Source: a virus
Lineage: Duplodnaviria; Caudoviricetes
Virus record (IMG/VR): IMGVR_UViG_3300047567_000025
Span: 128,001-192,000 of that record
Strand: one strand, 5' to 3'
Length of the DNA: 64,000 bases
Shown here in pieces: positions 1 to 9,265 of this stretch (positions are counted from its first letter, which is position 1; the number at the start of each line of letters is the position of its first letter). The position numbers and the translations under genes were made by a program. Below the pieces are notes generated by a model. It was not told where the DNA came from, ran no database searches, and saw only the letters and a program-made list of their open reading frames with translations.

Positions 1-225
1 AGCACTCATATTCTGTATTTTAACATTCCGAACTTCTTCCAATATAGAATCCATGATATTGTCATTCTTTATAAATTCATTATTAATAAATTTATATTTA
101 AATATATCTTTTAAAACGTCAAGAGGTATCTCATCGGGATTTACTTCATAACCATTTTCAGTAGGTTTAACACCCACTGAAATAACTTCAACGATATTGT
201 TATTATTGTCAGTGCGTATATACAT
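1..225 (-). CDS. Partial ORF running off the left edge (MYIRTDNNNIVEVISVG...), possible tail-fibre assembly/chaperone protein
   Basis: ATG at 225 preceded by SD GAGGTGA; open frame to the window edge; lies downstream of tail-fibre genes; absent from the ORF track. Confidence 0.55.
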   Translation of the reverse strand, partial: MYIRTDNNNNIVEVISVGVKPTENGYEVNPDEIPLDVLKDIFKYKFINNEFIKNDNIMDSILEEVRNVKIQNMSA

Positions 226-246
226 TTTAATCACCTCTGTAAGTAA

Positions 247-1212
247 TTACAATAACATTGAGCAGCCATATATTTTTTGAATGCTGCACGCAGTTTGTGT
301 CACTGCATCATAGCCGTATGTGGTTGTTCCTTTAATTACATATGCTGACATTGTTGCTGTGACCGTAGTGTTGTTCACGGATATACAGCATGATGAAACT
401 TTCGCGTTATTATTAGACGCACCATATTGCGGTGACATACCAATTGCTGCTGTTGTTATAGCTGTCGCAGATGCAGTATCAGGACATTTTGCTTCTACAT
501 AGTGTACACCCGTACTATCACTGATTTGGATAAGAAGATATTCAAAATTATTTGATGCCGAATTAATTGTAACTGTACCAGACCCTGATCCACTATATAG
601 CAACGATGGTGACAATGAATTACCACCAGTCGATACGGTACCTGTCGGTGTTGTTGTTTCTGGAGTATTACTTGTGACAAGGGTTGCGTGATAATATTCG
701 CTACTGCTTTGCTGCGCAAGAATTGTTACTCCTATACGACCATATCTCGGTATTCTCCTATAAACATATAATGTCCATACATTATTTGTAGAAGCAACAA
801 TAACATCGCCTTCGTTGAATCCATATCTAGTCATCCATTTTAATGTCTGAACATAAAGCGTTGTAGTGTTATTACATCTAATATGCACATGTATTATTCC
901 ACATTCCTGATCTCCATAGCCCGATTGCAATAATACAGTTAGAACTTGATCATTACTTCCGACTAAGCTACATGTTATCGCAGCATACCAACCGGTATTA
1001 TTACCCGCATCACTACTGCCAACAAATGACGAGCCAATATCTTTTATAGTTGTAGCAACACCAGACCAGCATACATTATCAAAATCATCATACCATTTTG
1101 CAATCGTACCAAGTGTATTTGATAAATTTGATCCAGAATTAATGTTTGATCTAACGCTTGCATGTGTAAATGTCGGGTATACTTTAACCTTGTTAAGTGT
1201 TTTTGTAGGCAT
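247..1212 (-). CDS. Tail fibre/receptor-binding-like protein
   Basis: 321 aa, Ser/Thr/Gly-rich beta-type composition; N-terminal ~50 aa paralogous to that of 1305..2474; SD GGAGGAG. Confidence 0.6.
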   Translation of the reverse strand: MPTKTLNKVKVYPTFTHASVRSNINSGSNLSNTLGTIAKWYDDFDNVCWSGVATTIKDIGSSFVGSSDAGNNTGWYAAITCSLVGSNDQVLTVLLQSGYGDQECGIIHVHIRCNNTTTLYVQTLKWMTRYGFNEGDVIVASTNNVWTLYVYRRIPRYGRIGVTILAQQSSSEYYHATLVTSNTPETTTPTGTVSTGGNSLSPSLLYSGSGSGTVTINSASNNFEYLLIQISDSTGVHYVEAKCPDTASATAITTAAIGMSPQYGASNNNAKVSSCCISVNNTTVTATMSAYVIKGTTTYGYDAVTQTACSIQKIYGCSMLL

Positions 1213-1247
1213 AGTTCTCCTCCTTGCTAATAAGCTAATTTATGTAT

Positions 1248-1276
1248 GAAATTGGAGCAAATAAGCTCCAATTTCA
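1248..1276. terminator. Intrinsic terminator-like hairpin
   Basis: GAAATTGGAGC-aaataa-GCTCCAATTTC inverted repeat between tail genes. Confidence 0.6.
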
Positions 1277-1304
1277 TAATAATATATTCATTATATAAGT
1301 TACT

Positions 1305-2474
1305 TTAATCTGCGATGCAGTTAAGTACTAATGTGTCAGCAGCAACAACTGGTTCACTAGTCCATGTACCGTTGCCTCTTAAAAATGTGCCTTGGTAACC
1401 TGCAGCTGGTATTGGAACTAAACCAGCTGTACCTGCAGAACCTGCGGTTGCACCTGTAAAAATATTATATGTTGTATCTTGTGCCGGTATTCCAAGTCCT
1501 GTTATATCTGCTTTCGCGATAGCTTCTGATCCTGTAACATGTCCTTGTGCATCATATTTGACTTTAAGAAGTGACGCTGTTGTTACTGCTGAAACCGAAT
1601 TGCTATGATTAATAGTTGTTCCTGATTTAGATAATCCGGAACCAGCTGTAGTAATAGCACCATCAATATTAGTTTGTGCTACTGTCCAGTCTGCATTAAC
1701 ATTACCAGTTCCTGCTCTATCAACAAGAGCGATAATTAAATCTCCTACCTCACAAGTGGCTCCAGCATAAGTTCCTGCTGTTATAACTCGATATGTCCAA
1801 CCTATGTTATATGTCGTAGGAAGTGCTGTAATAGTACCACTGGTACCGAGAGTTCCTTTGAATATCATAGCATCACTTGCAGCAATTCCGCTTGATATAG
1901 CTGACTGAACAAACGCAGTTGTTGCTAGTTGTGTTGTATTTGTTCCAGCGGCAGCTGTTGGTGCTGTTGGAGTTCCAGTAAACGCAGGACTTGCTATAGC
2001 AGCTAAAGATGCTATAGTGTGATATAAGTTTGTAACCTCTGTAATTGCATGTGTATGTGTTTTGGCAGCATAATTAGTAGCAATATCAGTGATGTTTGCA
2101 ACAGTATGTGTATGTGATGCTGTCGCATATGCTGTACTTGCTGTATATGCAGCTGTTCCAAGACCGTGTACTGTAACCGGAGTAGCAGTACCGCCATTTA
2201 CTGAGACATTAAACTTTCCGTTTGTAGTTCCTTCACTAAAAGTATATGTTGTATCAGTGTACTCAGCTCCAGCAGGAACATCAGAATTTACAGTATGTCC
2301 ATTTACTGTTGCTGCATCCCCAGTCCAAACGACAGAATTAAAATCAGTAAACCATTTGGAGATTTTACCAAGGCTGTTTGCAAGGTTTTCACCAGATGCG
2401 ATATTATCAGTATGAGTGGTTGCCGTTGTAAATGTAAAGTATGCTTTAACATTATCAAAAGTTTTTGTTGACAT
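1305..2474 (-). CDS. Tail fibre protein
   Basis: Contains SPAFTGTPTAPTAAAGTNTTQLATTAFV, HTH repeats and GLVPIPAAG..FLRGNGTW motifs typical of phage fibres. Confidence 0.8.
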   Translation of the reverse strand: MSTKTFDNVKAYFTFTTATTHTDNIASGENLANSLGKISKWFTDFNSVVWTGDAATVNGHTVNSDVPAGAEYTDTTYTFSEGTTNGKFNVSVNGGTATPVTVHGLGTAAYTASTAYATASHTHTVANITDIATNYAAKTHTHAITEVTNLYHTIASLAAIASPAFTGTPTAPTAAAGTNTTQLATTAFVQSAISSGIAASDAMIFKGTLGTSGTITALPTTYNIGWTYRVITAGTYAGATCEVGDLIIALVDRAGTGNVNADWTVAQTNIDGAITTAGSGLSKSGTTINHSNSVSAVTTASLLKVKYDAQGHVTGSEAIAKADITGLGIPAQDTTYNIFTGATAGSAGTAGLVPIPAAGYQGTFLRGNGTWTSEPVVAADTLVLNCIAD

Positions 2475-2495
2475 AATTCAATTCCTTTCTAATTA

Positions 2496-3161
2496 CTAAC
2501 GACAGTTAAGCGTCAAGTCGTCAGTAGACTTTATGTAATCACTATTGATCAAATCGAGTGTTGATTTATCTTCAGCACTATATGACGCTGTCGTTTTGTC
2601 CAATATATCTTTGTTAATATGCTTGTGTATCTGTCCGGAATTAATAAAATCATTTAATCGCACATCAATCTTTCCAATTTGTTCGTCGACATATTTTATT
2701 TTTGCATATTCCGAAAGATCTATATGAGTATTCGTTGTACCCAGCAGTTCCCATTTCAAATCAACAGACCAGATATACTCACCGAGGATAGTTTCCTTAT
2801 TGACAACTTCTGGAGAATCAACAACAAACCATACATCACCAATAAGATTTCCTTCTTGTGGCAATTCATATTTTGTTTGTTTTTTACCACATATTCTCAT
2901 TATATTGCCGATATTATTTATCGCTGCGGTAATTAATGATTTAGTTTCATCTTTAGTGAAATAATTTGTTAAGTCGATCTGATCTGTTACATATGGCAGT
3001 TCAATAAAGTTTTTATTTCCCTCACCAATCTTTATATTAGTCTTCCCTGTTGGTGTTAGCTCGACACATAGAACACCTGTTGGGATAATTTGATATTGAA
3101 AAGAACTTCTAGACCATTGTTCTGATGTACGCACGATATGTGTTAAGTCTTCTTGTGCCAC
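2496..3161 (-). CDS. Tail-associated protein with an Mtd_N/hyaluronidase-N-like N-terminal domain
   Basis: N-terminus RTSEQW..IIPTGVLCVE..TNIKIGEGNKNFIELPY resembles the Mtd-N-type fibre anchor; HKHINKDILDK fibre motif. Confidence 0.6.
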   Translation of the reverse strand: MAQEDLTHIVRTSEQWSRSSFQYQIIPTGVLCVELTPTGKTNIKIGEGNKNFIELPYVTDQIDLTNYFTKDETKSLITAAINNIGNIMRICGKKQTKYELPQEGNLIGDVWFVVDSPEVVNKETILGEYIWSVDLKWELLGTTNTHIDLSEYAKIKYVDEQIGKIDVRLNDFINSGQIHKHINKDILDKTTASYSAEDKSTLDLINSDYIKSTDDLTLNCR

Positions 3162-3195
3162 GATAATCTAACACCTCTTTCACTAATGCATTCAA

Positions 3196-4332
3196 TTACA
3201 CAGATGACTTTTCTAGTGCTGTTACGCGCACATCAAGTGATGCTATGTTGGTTTTATTAGTATTAATCAAATTACTGTGATCGGTTAATGTTGTATTGAT
3301 AGTATTGATAGCTGCTGCTGTTTTTACATCATCAGCAGTCAGTGATGTTATATCGCTCTTAAGCTGAGTAATCTCTGATAAAAATGTAGCATTCTCTGCT
3401 TTGAGTGTTTCAATAGAAGCTTTTAAATCAGCAATAACAGCTTCTGTCGGCTCATTAAGTGCCTCCCATACAGTGAATGTGTTTTCAGTCGATATAACAT
3501 TTGACATATATGCATTAAAAGAAACTTTCAGTCGTGTAGTTAGATTTGACTGGAATGCAAATGCTTTATTGATATCACATGATGCTATTAAAAGCTCACC
3601 GTCTGCTGTTGTATTAACAATCGTCTCATGCTGTATGGCAATCTTTGCGTTCGTATTAATAAATTGATAATATGGATTTAAACCTTCTGAAATATGACTC
3701 TGTGTATCGATATAATCAACATATGCTTCTATCTTAGTAAGCGTTAAAGTATATAATCCCTGATAATCCATTGCCGGAATATTTGTAACAAGTAAATTTG
3801 TGCAAGACGTTACAAGATAATCATCAATATCAGTTGCATGTAATTTCATATCATGTGATGTTACAATTTCAGAGTCCTCTCGTATTGTTCCGCCTTGTGA
3901 ATCTGTTATTGTATAATATAACTTGAATTTTGTAAAAGATTTCACAACAGGAAGAATACCATTTAATGTTTTATATTTATTTTGCATTATTTGTACGAGA
4001 TAATGATTCATGACAGCATTAGCATTGTGTGAATTTGTCATATCAAATGTTGCTTGAAGATTAAGGCATGAGTCTTCTGGTCGTTGCACAACTTTTGTGA
4101 TTATATTTTCTGATACGGAAGTAAACTGTCCATATTTAACAGATGTATTATCATAAACATATGGAATACTATTTACAATTGTGAATGCATTTTCTTTCAT
4201 AAAACCACTAGCGTTATGTGCCGGCGGTGGTGGCGGTGGAACCATGTGTTTGCAGCAATCACAATTATAATGATTATTATTCATGAATGGAAATGAAGGA
4301 TTTCCACATTCACATTGTGACATATTATACAT
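3196..4332 (-). CDS. Hypothetical virion/tail protein with C-terminal coiled coil
   Basis: 378 aa; Cys/Pro-rich N-terminus; heptad-rich C-terminus ending RVTALEK. Confidence 0.5.
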   Translation of the reverse strand: MYNMSQCECGNPSFPFMNNNHYNCDCCKHMVPPPPPPAHNASGFMKENAFTIVNSIPYVYDNTSVKYGQFTSVSENIITKVVQRPEDSCLNLQATFDMTNSHNANAVMNHYLVQIMQNKYKTLNGILPVVKSFTKFKLYYTITDSQGGTIREDSEIVTSHDMKLHATDIDDYLVTSCTNLLVTNIPAMDYQGLYTLTLTKIEAYVDYIDTQSHISEGLNPYYQFINTNAKIAIQHETIVNTTADGELLIASCDINKAFAFQSNLTTRLKVSFNAYMSNVISTENTFTVWEALNEPTEAVIADLKASIETLKAENATFLSEITQLKSDITSLTADDVKTAAAINTINTTLTDHSNLINTNKTNIASLDVRVTALEKSSV

Positions 4333-4349
4333 ATAAATCGACTCCTTTG

Positions 4350-5630
4350 TTATTTGATTTTTAATGTTTGTTTAATAATATAAATGATAATAGGTGTCCA
4401 TAAATATATCTCTTTTGACATAGAATTGTCAAATAATTGGTCACCTGTATAGAGTGACAATTTGCTTATATCAGTAATCTTGCCATGAATAAAGTCATGA
4501 ATTATTGATATATAATCGTATCGCTTTAACTTGTAATGCGAAATACATTCATTTTTAAGAGCACAGCATGGACAGTCACATATATGACATTGCCGTGTGT
4601 CATATTCATTCTCAAGTATTGAATGCACTTCAAATGGAAAAAATCTATCGCATCGTTCTGAATTACACCATGCATCGTCAGGTATCATTACGTCAACATC
4701 AGCACCATATCGAGCAAATGATGAATCAGTGTAATCATATCCTTTCATAGTATGATATTTAAATGTCTCTAGATATCTCAACGGTGCATCACGCTCAATC
4801 CATTTATATGGTGATTTCTGATACAACATGTCGATTCGTGGATCATTAACTTTGTTATTGTTTAATACAATATTACCATTAGAATCATCACGAATCATAA
4901 TACCGTGTTTTCCCATAAATGTATTTCCACATAAATCAAACAGTGATACTCCATCTAGATGACAAATAAAGCAGTTATGTATTTTGTCATAAAACTGTGC
5001 TATATATGATTCAATCATATCATTTGTCATTGATATCAATCTTGATCGGAGTTCATAATCTTCTTTACCAATTATAGGTGTTAGATCATTACCGCCTATC
5101 GTTTGAAGATCCATTACATATTCACTGACAGTCTGTCTTTTTAGATGATTAATGTCATCTTCATTTGTTGAGAATAAGCTATATGAAATCTTATACGATC
5201 CATCTGTATTAAGGCCATCCTGCATAACTTGTGTAACACGCATTAAATGATTCATTCGTAAATGATTTACTATAAAAAAATCATTCTCTCGTGGCATTAC
5301 AGTACCGGGTATTATAAAAGCATCGCCATTTAAATTATAATTCCGAACTTGTGTTGTAGATGCATTTCCTTCTTCAGGATTTAATGGTGAAAAACCCAAC
5401 AGAATCATATTTTCAATTCTATTATATCTCAACGGGGAGTCTGCACCAAGTATCTGATAAGCATCTCCCATTCCTAATGATGTTGATGTTTGCGCATCAT
5501 TACAACTGAAATATGTCACAATGGTTCTTCCACTGCCGGTATATTTATTTATACGGCTATGTAGAAACTTATCATATTTATACATTTGGGAATCAACTAA
5601 TGCATTCTCATCATATATCAAACCAGCCAA
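4350..5630 (-). CDS. Jumbo-phage hypothetical, probably structural protein
   Basis: 426 aa ORF with TTG start and SD GAAAGGA at the head of the tail-gene run. Confidence 0.5.
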   Translation of the reverse strand: MAGLIYDENALVDSQMYKYDKFLHSRINKYTGSGRTIVTYFSCNDAQTSTSLGMGDAYQILGADSPLRYNRIENMILLGFSPLNPEEGNASTTQVRNYNLNGDAFIIPGTVMPRENDFFIVNHLRMNHLMRVTQVMQDGLNTDGSYKISYSLFSTNEDDINHLKRQTVSEYVMDLQTIGGNDLTPIIGKEDYELRSRLISMTNDMIESYIAQFYDKIHNCFICHLDGVSLFDLCGNTFMGKHGIMIRDDSNGNIVLNNNKVNDPRIDMLYQKSPYKWIERDAPLRYLETFKYHTMKGYDYTDSSFARYGADVDVMIPDDAWCNSERCDRFFPFEVHSILENEYDTRQCHICDCPCCALKNECISHYKLKRYDYISIIHDFIHGKITDISKLSLYTGDQLFDNSMSKEIYLWTPIIIYIIKQTLKIK

Positions 5631-5704
5631 TTAAATCAGTCCTTTCTTCTGTAATTTGAATAGTGCATAGTTCTATCCATGATTATGAAGCGGTTTCACT
5701 ATAC

Positions 5705-6428
5705 TACATTTCTATTTCTATTTTTTTATTTTCTAAACATATATTTTTATAATGTAGGGGTTGATGTAATATAGTGATAATTACATCAATGGAAAAGTTG
5801 TGATATTAGATAATTAAAGATTAGAAAGCTAAGTAAGTAAGCTAATATTACATTTCTATTTCTATTTCTATTTTTTTATTTTCTAAACATATATTTTTAT
5901 AATGTAGGGGTTGATGTAATATAGTGATAATTACATCAGTGGAAAAGGTGTGATATTAGACTAATTAAAGATTAGAAAGCTAATAAGCTAATATTACATT
6001 TCTATTTCTATTTTTTTATTTTCTAAACATATATTTTTATAATGTAGGGGTTGATGTAATATAGTGATAATTACATCAGTGGAAAGAGTTGTGATATTAG
6101 ATAATTAAAGATTAGAAAGCTAAGTAAGCTTAATAAGCTAATATTACATTTCTATTTCTATTTCTATTTTTTTATTTTCTAAACATATATTTTTATAATG
6201 TATTGATGTAATATAGTGATAATTACATCTGGAAAAGTTGTGATATTAGATAATTAAAGATTAGAAAGCTAATAAGCTAATATTACATTTCTATTTCTAT
6301 TTTTTTATTTTCTAAACATATATTTTTATAATGTAGGGGTTGATGTAATATAGTGATAATTACATCAGTGAAAGAGGTGAGGATATTAGATAATTAAAGA
6401 TTAGAAAGCTAAGTAAGCTAATACTACA
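5705..6428 (+). repeat. Cluster 1 of a ~145-bp dispersed repeat family (5 tandem copies)
   Basis: Core TTTTCTAAACATATATTTTTATAATGTAGGGGTTGATGTAATATAGTGATAATTACATC recurs at ~5731, 5881, 6021, 6177 and 6310; the 4th copy lacks GGGG. Confidence 0.97.
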
Positions 6429-6443
6429 GAAAGAAGGTATCAT

Positions 6444-7643
6444 TTGATTATGAATGAAGAACAGAAATATGTTACACCAATAGAAGAGCTTGATAAGATA
6501 ATCGAGCAAATAGATATGGGTATTGAGCCAATGATGACTGATCAGATGTCACTGGAAGTAAAGCTTCGTTATAAAGAACTGCAGAATGAATTATTTGACG
6601 AAGATGATTCGAATGATGTTGATGTTCAGCGACATCGTGAAATGATGAAAGAACATATCGCAAAAAAGAAAAGAGAAGCAACAAAACAAGATGTATTGAT
6701 AATCTCATTATCAGATGAACAGAAAAGAAAACTTAGAGCTGATATGGAAACCTCTATAGTTCGTAGTAATCCCAATATACAATATAACATACCTGATGAA
6801 AAACTATATTCATCAGAGGAATTACGAATTGTAAGACAGAAATTATCTAGAATCAAAAATTGCTATTACAATCAGATCGATTACATTAATGCGGTTAGTA
6901 TTGTGAGAGAAGCAATTGATTATTCATTACGTAGTGACTATCCTTGGATGTCTAGAGAGGAAGCTGTCAAAGCTTTTAATTCTGGCGAAATAAAATTCTC
7001 TTATTGTAACATGCCTAAATTATTTATTAACTATCAAACGCAGATAACTGATCCTGAAATACTTAAGGGAATTGTAACAGGAGACGTTATTCTCAAGGAC
7101 AAAAATGATACGGCTGAATTTAAGAGTAAGAAAAACGAGAAGTGTAATCCAATTAATGCCGAGTATAATATAACTGGCGATACAGAATATAACGAAATGC
7201 TCAGCCTTCATAAACAGGGCTATGATACTCCTATGTCTGTTGTTATTAAATCAAAATCAACGGTATATAATAGATATGCATTACCATCATCAAATCGATT
7301 TGCTATTGGTAATAATAAAGATAATATTAACGATAAATCGATATTGTTTGATTGGTCTAAGCCTGGAGCAGGCAAAGATTATTATAATTTTATTCATAAT
7401 AAGAAATATCAAGTATCAGAAATAATTCATGACATTAATGATGATAATGATGGCTTATTAAATAATATTGTATCAACCAATGCTATACAATTTCTTGGCA
7501 GTATGACTAATGATCCAAATAAGTATACAAATAGCTATAATGATAATAACTTCATATCGACATCATTACATGTTAATCAAGAAGCAGCACAGGTTGAGCA
7601 TGATATTTTAAATGCAATAAGAGCTAATAATCCAACGAAATAA
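6444..7643 (+). CDS. Hypothetical protein (399 aa)
   Basis: Long ORF with SD GAAAGAAGG immediately after repeat cluster 1. Confidence 0.75.
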   Translation: MIMNEEQKYVTPIEELDKIIEQIDMGIEPMMTDQMSLEVKLRYKELQNELFDEDDSNDVDVQRHREMMKEHIAKKKREATKQDVLIISLSDEQKRKLRADMETSIVRSNPNIQYNIPDEKLYSSEELRIVRQKLSRIKNCYYNQIDYINAVSIVREAIDYSLRSDYPWMSREEAVKAFNSGEIKFSYCNMPKLFINYQTQITDPEILKGIVTGDVILKDKNDTAEFKSKKNEKCNPINAEYNITGDTEYNEMLSLHKQGYDTPMSVVIKSKSTVYNRYALPSSNRFAIGNNKDNINDKSILFDWSKPGAGKDYYNFIHNKKYQVSEIIHDINDDNDGLLNNIVSTNAIQFLGSMTNDPNKYTNSYNDNNFISTSLHVNQEAAQVEHDILNAIRANNPTK

Positions 7644-7654
7644 AAATTATATTT

Positions 7655-7700
7655 AATGCAATAACATCTTATTTGTGAGATGTTATTGCATTTATTTTTT
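7655..7700. terminator. Terminator-like hairpin after 6444..7643
   Basis: AATGCAATAACATCT...AGATGTTATTGCATT followed by a T-run. Confidence 0.6.
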
Positions 7701-7859
7701 TTAGTAAGTACAATCATATAATATCCGTTAGGATATTGATTTCTTTTCATTAGTATTCTGGTATATTTCATATGCCAGAAGAATTCCTCCATTCTTCTTT
7801 TTTATATTCAATCGGGGCAATATGCCCCGATTGTATTATTATTACATTTTTTCTATGCT

Positions 7860-7880
7860 GAGAGAGAGAGAGAGAGAGAG
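7860..7880. repeat. (AG)10 microsatellite
   Basis: G followed by ten AG units, directly visible. Confidence 0.95.
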
Positions 7881-7919
7881 TATAGTTTGAATTGATTATT
7901 CCTATTATTTTAATTTTTC

Positions 7920-7941
7920 AAATATATATTATTAATATGAA
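7920..7941 (+). promoter_or_regulatory. Putative phage early promoter motif AAATATATATTATTAATATGAA
   Basis: Identical at 22600-22621 and 34897-34918; similar motifs on the minus strand at 22481-22502, 44616-44634 and 53782-53800; resembles the TATATTAC-type early promoter of phiKZ. Confidence 0.65.
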
Positions 7942-7964
7942 TAAAAGAATAGCAATCAATATTT

Positions 7965-8012
7965 AAAAGCAATCACAGAGCTGTATATCTGTGAAGAAAG
8001 AGGCATATTATG
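7965..8012 (+). promoter_or_regulatory. Conserved 5' leader hairpin (TCACAGA...TCTGTGA) joined to an SD; copy 1 of 4
   Basis: Nearly identical elements at 8988-9035, 22657-22706 and 35114-35163. Confidence 0.85.
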
Positions 8013-8971
8013 ATGAATGATTATTTAACAATAGTAAATGGAGTAGTAATTGATTGCAATACTACTGATGTAACTGATGTTGTTATTCCTGATGGAGTAA
8101 CATCTATAGGAGACCGTGCTTTTAGATTTCATAAAAGTCTTGAATCAATTACAATCCCTGATAGCGTTACATCTATAGAAAATAGTGTTTTCTATAGATG
8201 TGAAAGTCTCAAAAGCATTGAAATCCCCAATAGCGTAACAACTATTGGGAACTATGCTTTTGCATATTGTAAAAGCCTTAAAAGCGTTATCATTCCTAAT
8301 AGCGTTAAAACTATAAAAGAGGGCTCATAGATGTGAAAGTCTCAAAAGCATTGAAATCCCCAATAGCGTAACAACTATTGGGAAATGCTTTTGCATATTG
8401 TGAAAATCTTAAAAACATCACAATCCCTAATAGTGTTACACATATTGAGGGTAGTGCTTTTGAAGGTTGCTTTAATCTTGAAAGTATTATTATTCCTAAT
8501 AGCGTTACATCTATAGAAAATAGTGTTTTCTATAGATGTGAAAGTCTCAAAAGCATTGAAATCCCCAATAGCGTAACAACTATTGGGAACTATGCTTTTG
8601 CATATTGTGAAAATCTTAAAAACATCACAATCCCTAATAGCGTTACATCTATAGAAAATAGTGTTTTCTATGAATGTGAAAGTCTTGAAGAAATTACAAT
8701 CCCTAATAGTGTTACAACTATAGAAGATATGGTGTTTGAAGGTTGCTCTAATCTTAAAACAATTACAATCCCTAACAGCGTTAAGCTTATAGGAGACGGT
8801 GCTTTTGCATATTGTAAAAGTCTTAAAAGCATTACAATCCCTAATAGCGTAACATCTATAAACATTGAAGCTTTCTATGGCCGTGCAAATGTCGTGATTC
8901 ACTGTTATAAAAATTCATATGCAGAGGAATATGCAAAGAAAAATAATATTCCTTACAAGATTATTGATTAA
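8010..8971 (+). pseudogene. BspA-type leucine-rich-repeat (LRR_5) gene broken into pieces (8010..8330 and 8378..8971)
   Basis: Repeats [22 protein letters not shown]; C-terminus [20 protein letters not shown]; frame changes near 8327 and 8383. Confidence 0.85.
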
Positions 8972-9032
8972 AATAACAAACAATAATAAAGCCATCACAG
9001 AGCTGTATAATCTGTGAAGAAAGAGGTATATT

Positions 9033-9242
9033 ATGACGAACTCTTTTAAAATAGCATTAGCTATTACAGGCGGAGTTGTTGCGGTTGAAGCAACAATATC
9101 AAAAGCATATAGACTTGGAAAAGTTAAAGGCGCGGAAGAATTCTCAATATACATTAAGAACAAAGAAGCTCAAGAAAGACAGCAGGAAGAAGAATACGAA
9201 GACTTAGACAGAACTTTGAAGAATATACATTCATTAAATTAA
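9033..9242 (+). CDS. Small protein with N-terminal hydrophobic helix (69 aa)
   Basis: Preceded by the conserved leader hairpin and SD; IALAITGGVVAV segment. Confidence 0.7.
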   Translation: MTNSFKIALAITGGVVAVEATISKAYRLGKVKGAEEFSIYIKNKEAQERQQEEEYEDLDRTLKNIHSLN

Positions 9243-9265
9243 TAAATAAAAAAATAAAAGTAGGA

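Noticed and set aside
5745-5756. Host sigma-A promoter in the repeat (TATAAT)
   Set aside because: No credible -35 box at 16-18 bp spacing; the segment fits the phage-specific promoter motif better
5705-6428. CRISPR array interpretation of the tandem repeats
   Set aside because: The whole ~145-bp unit is repeated; there are no unique spacers, only microrepeat number changes and a few variants, and no cas genes in the window
8156-8700. Diversity-generating retroelement TR/VR pair within the LRR duplications
   Set aside because: The copies are identical or differ by indels rather than adenine-specific substitutions, and no reverse transcriptase is present in the window
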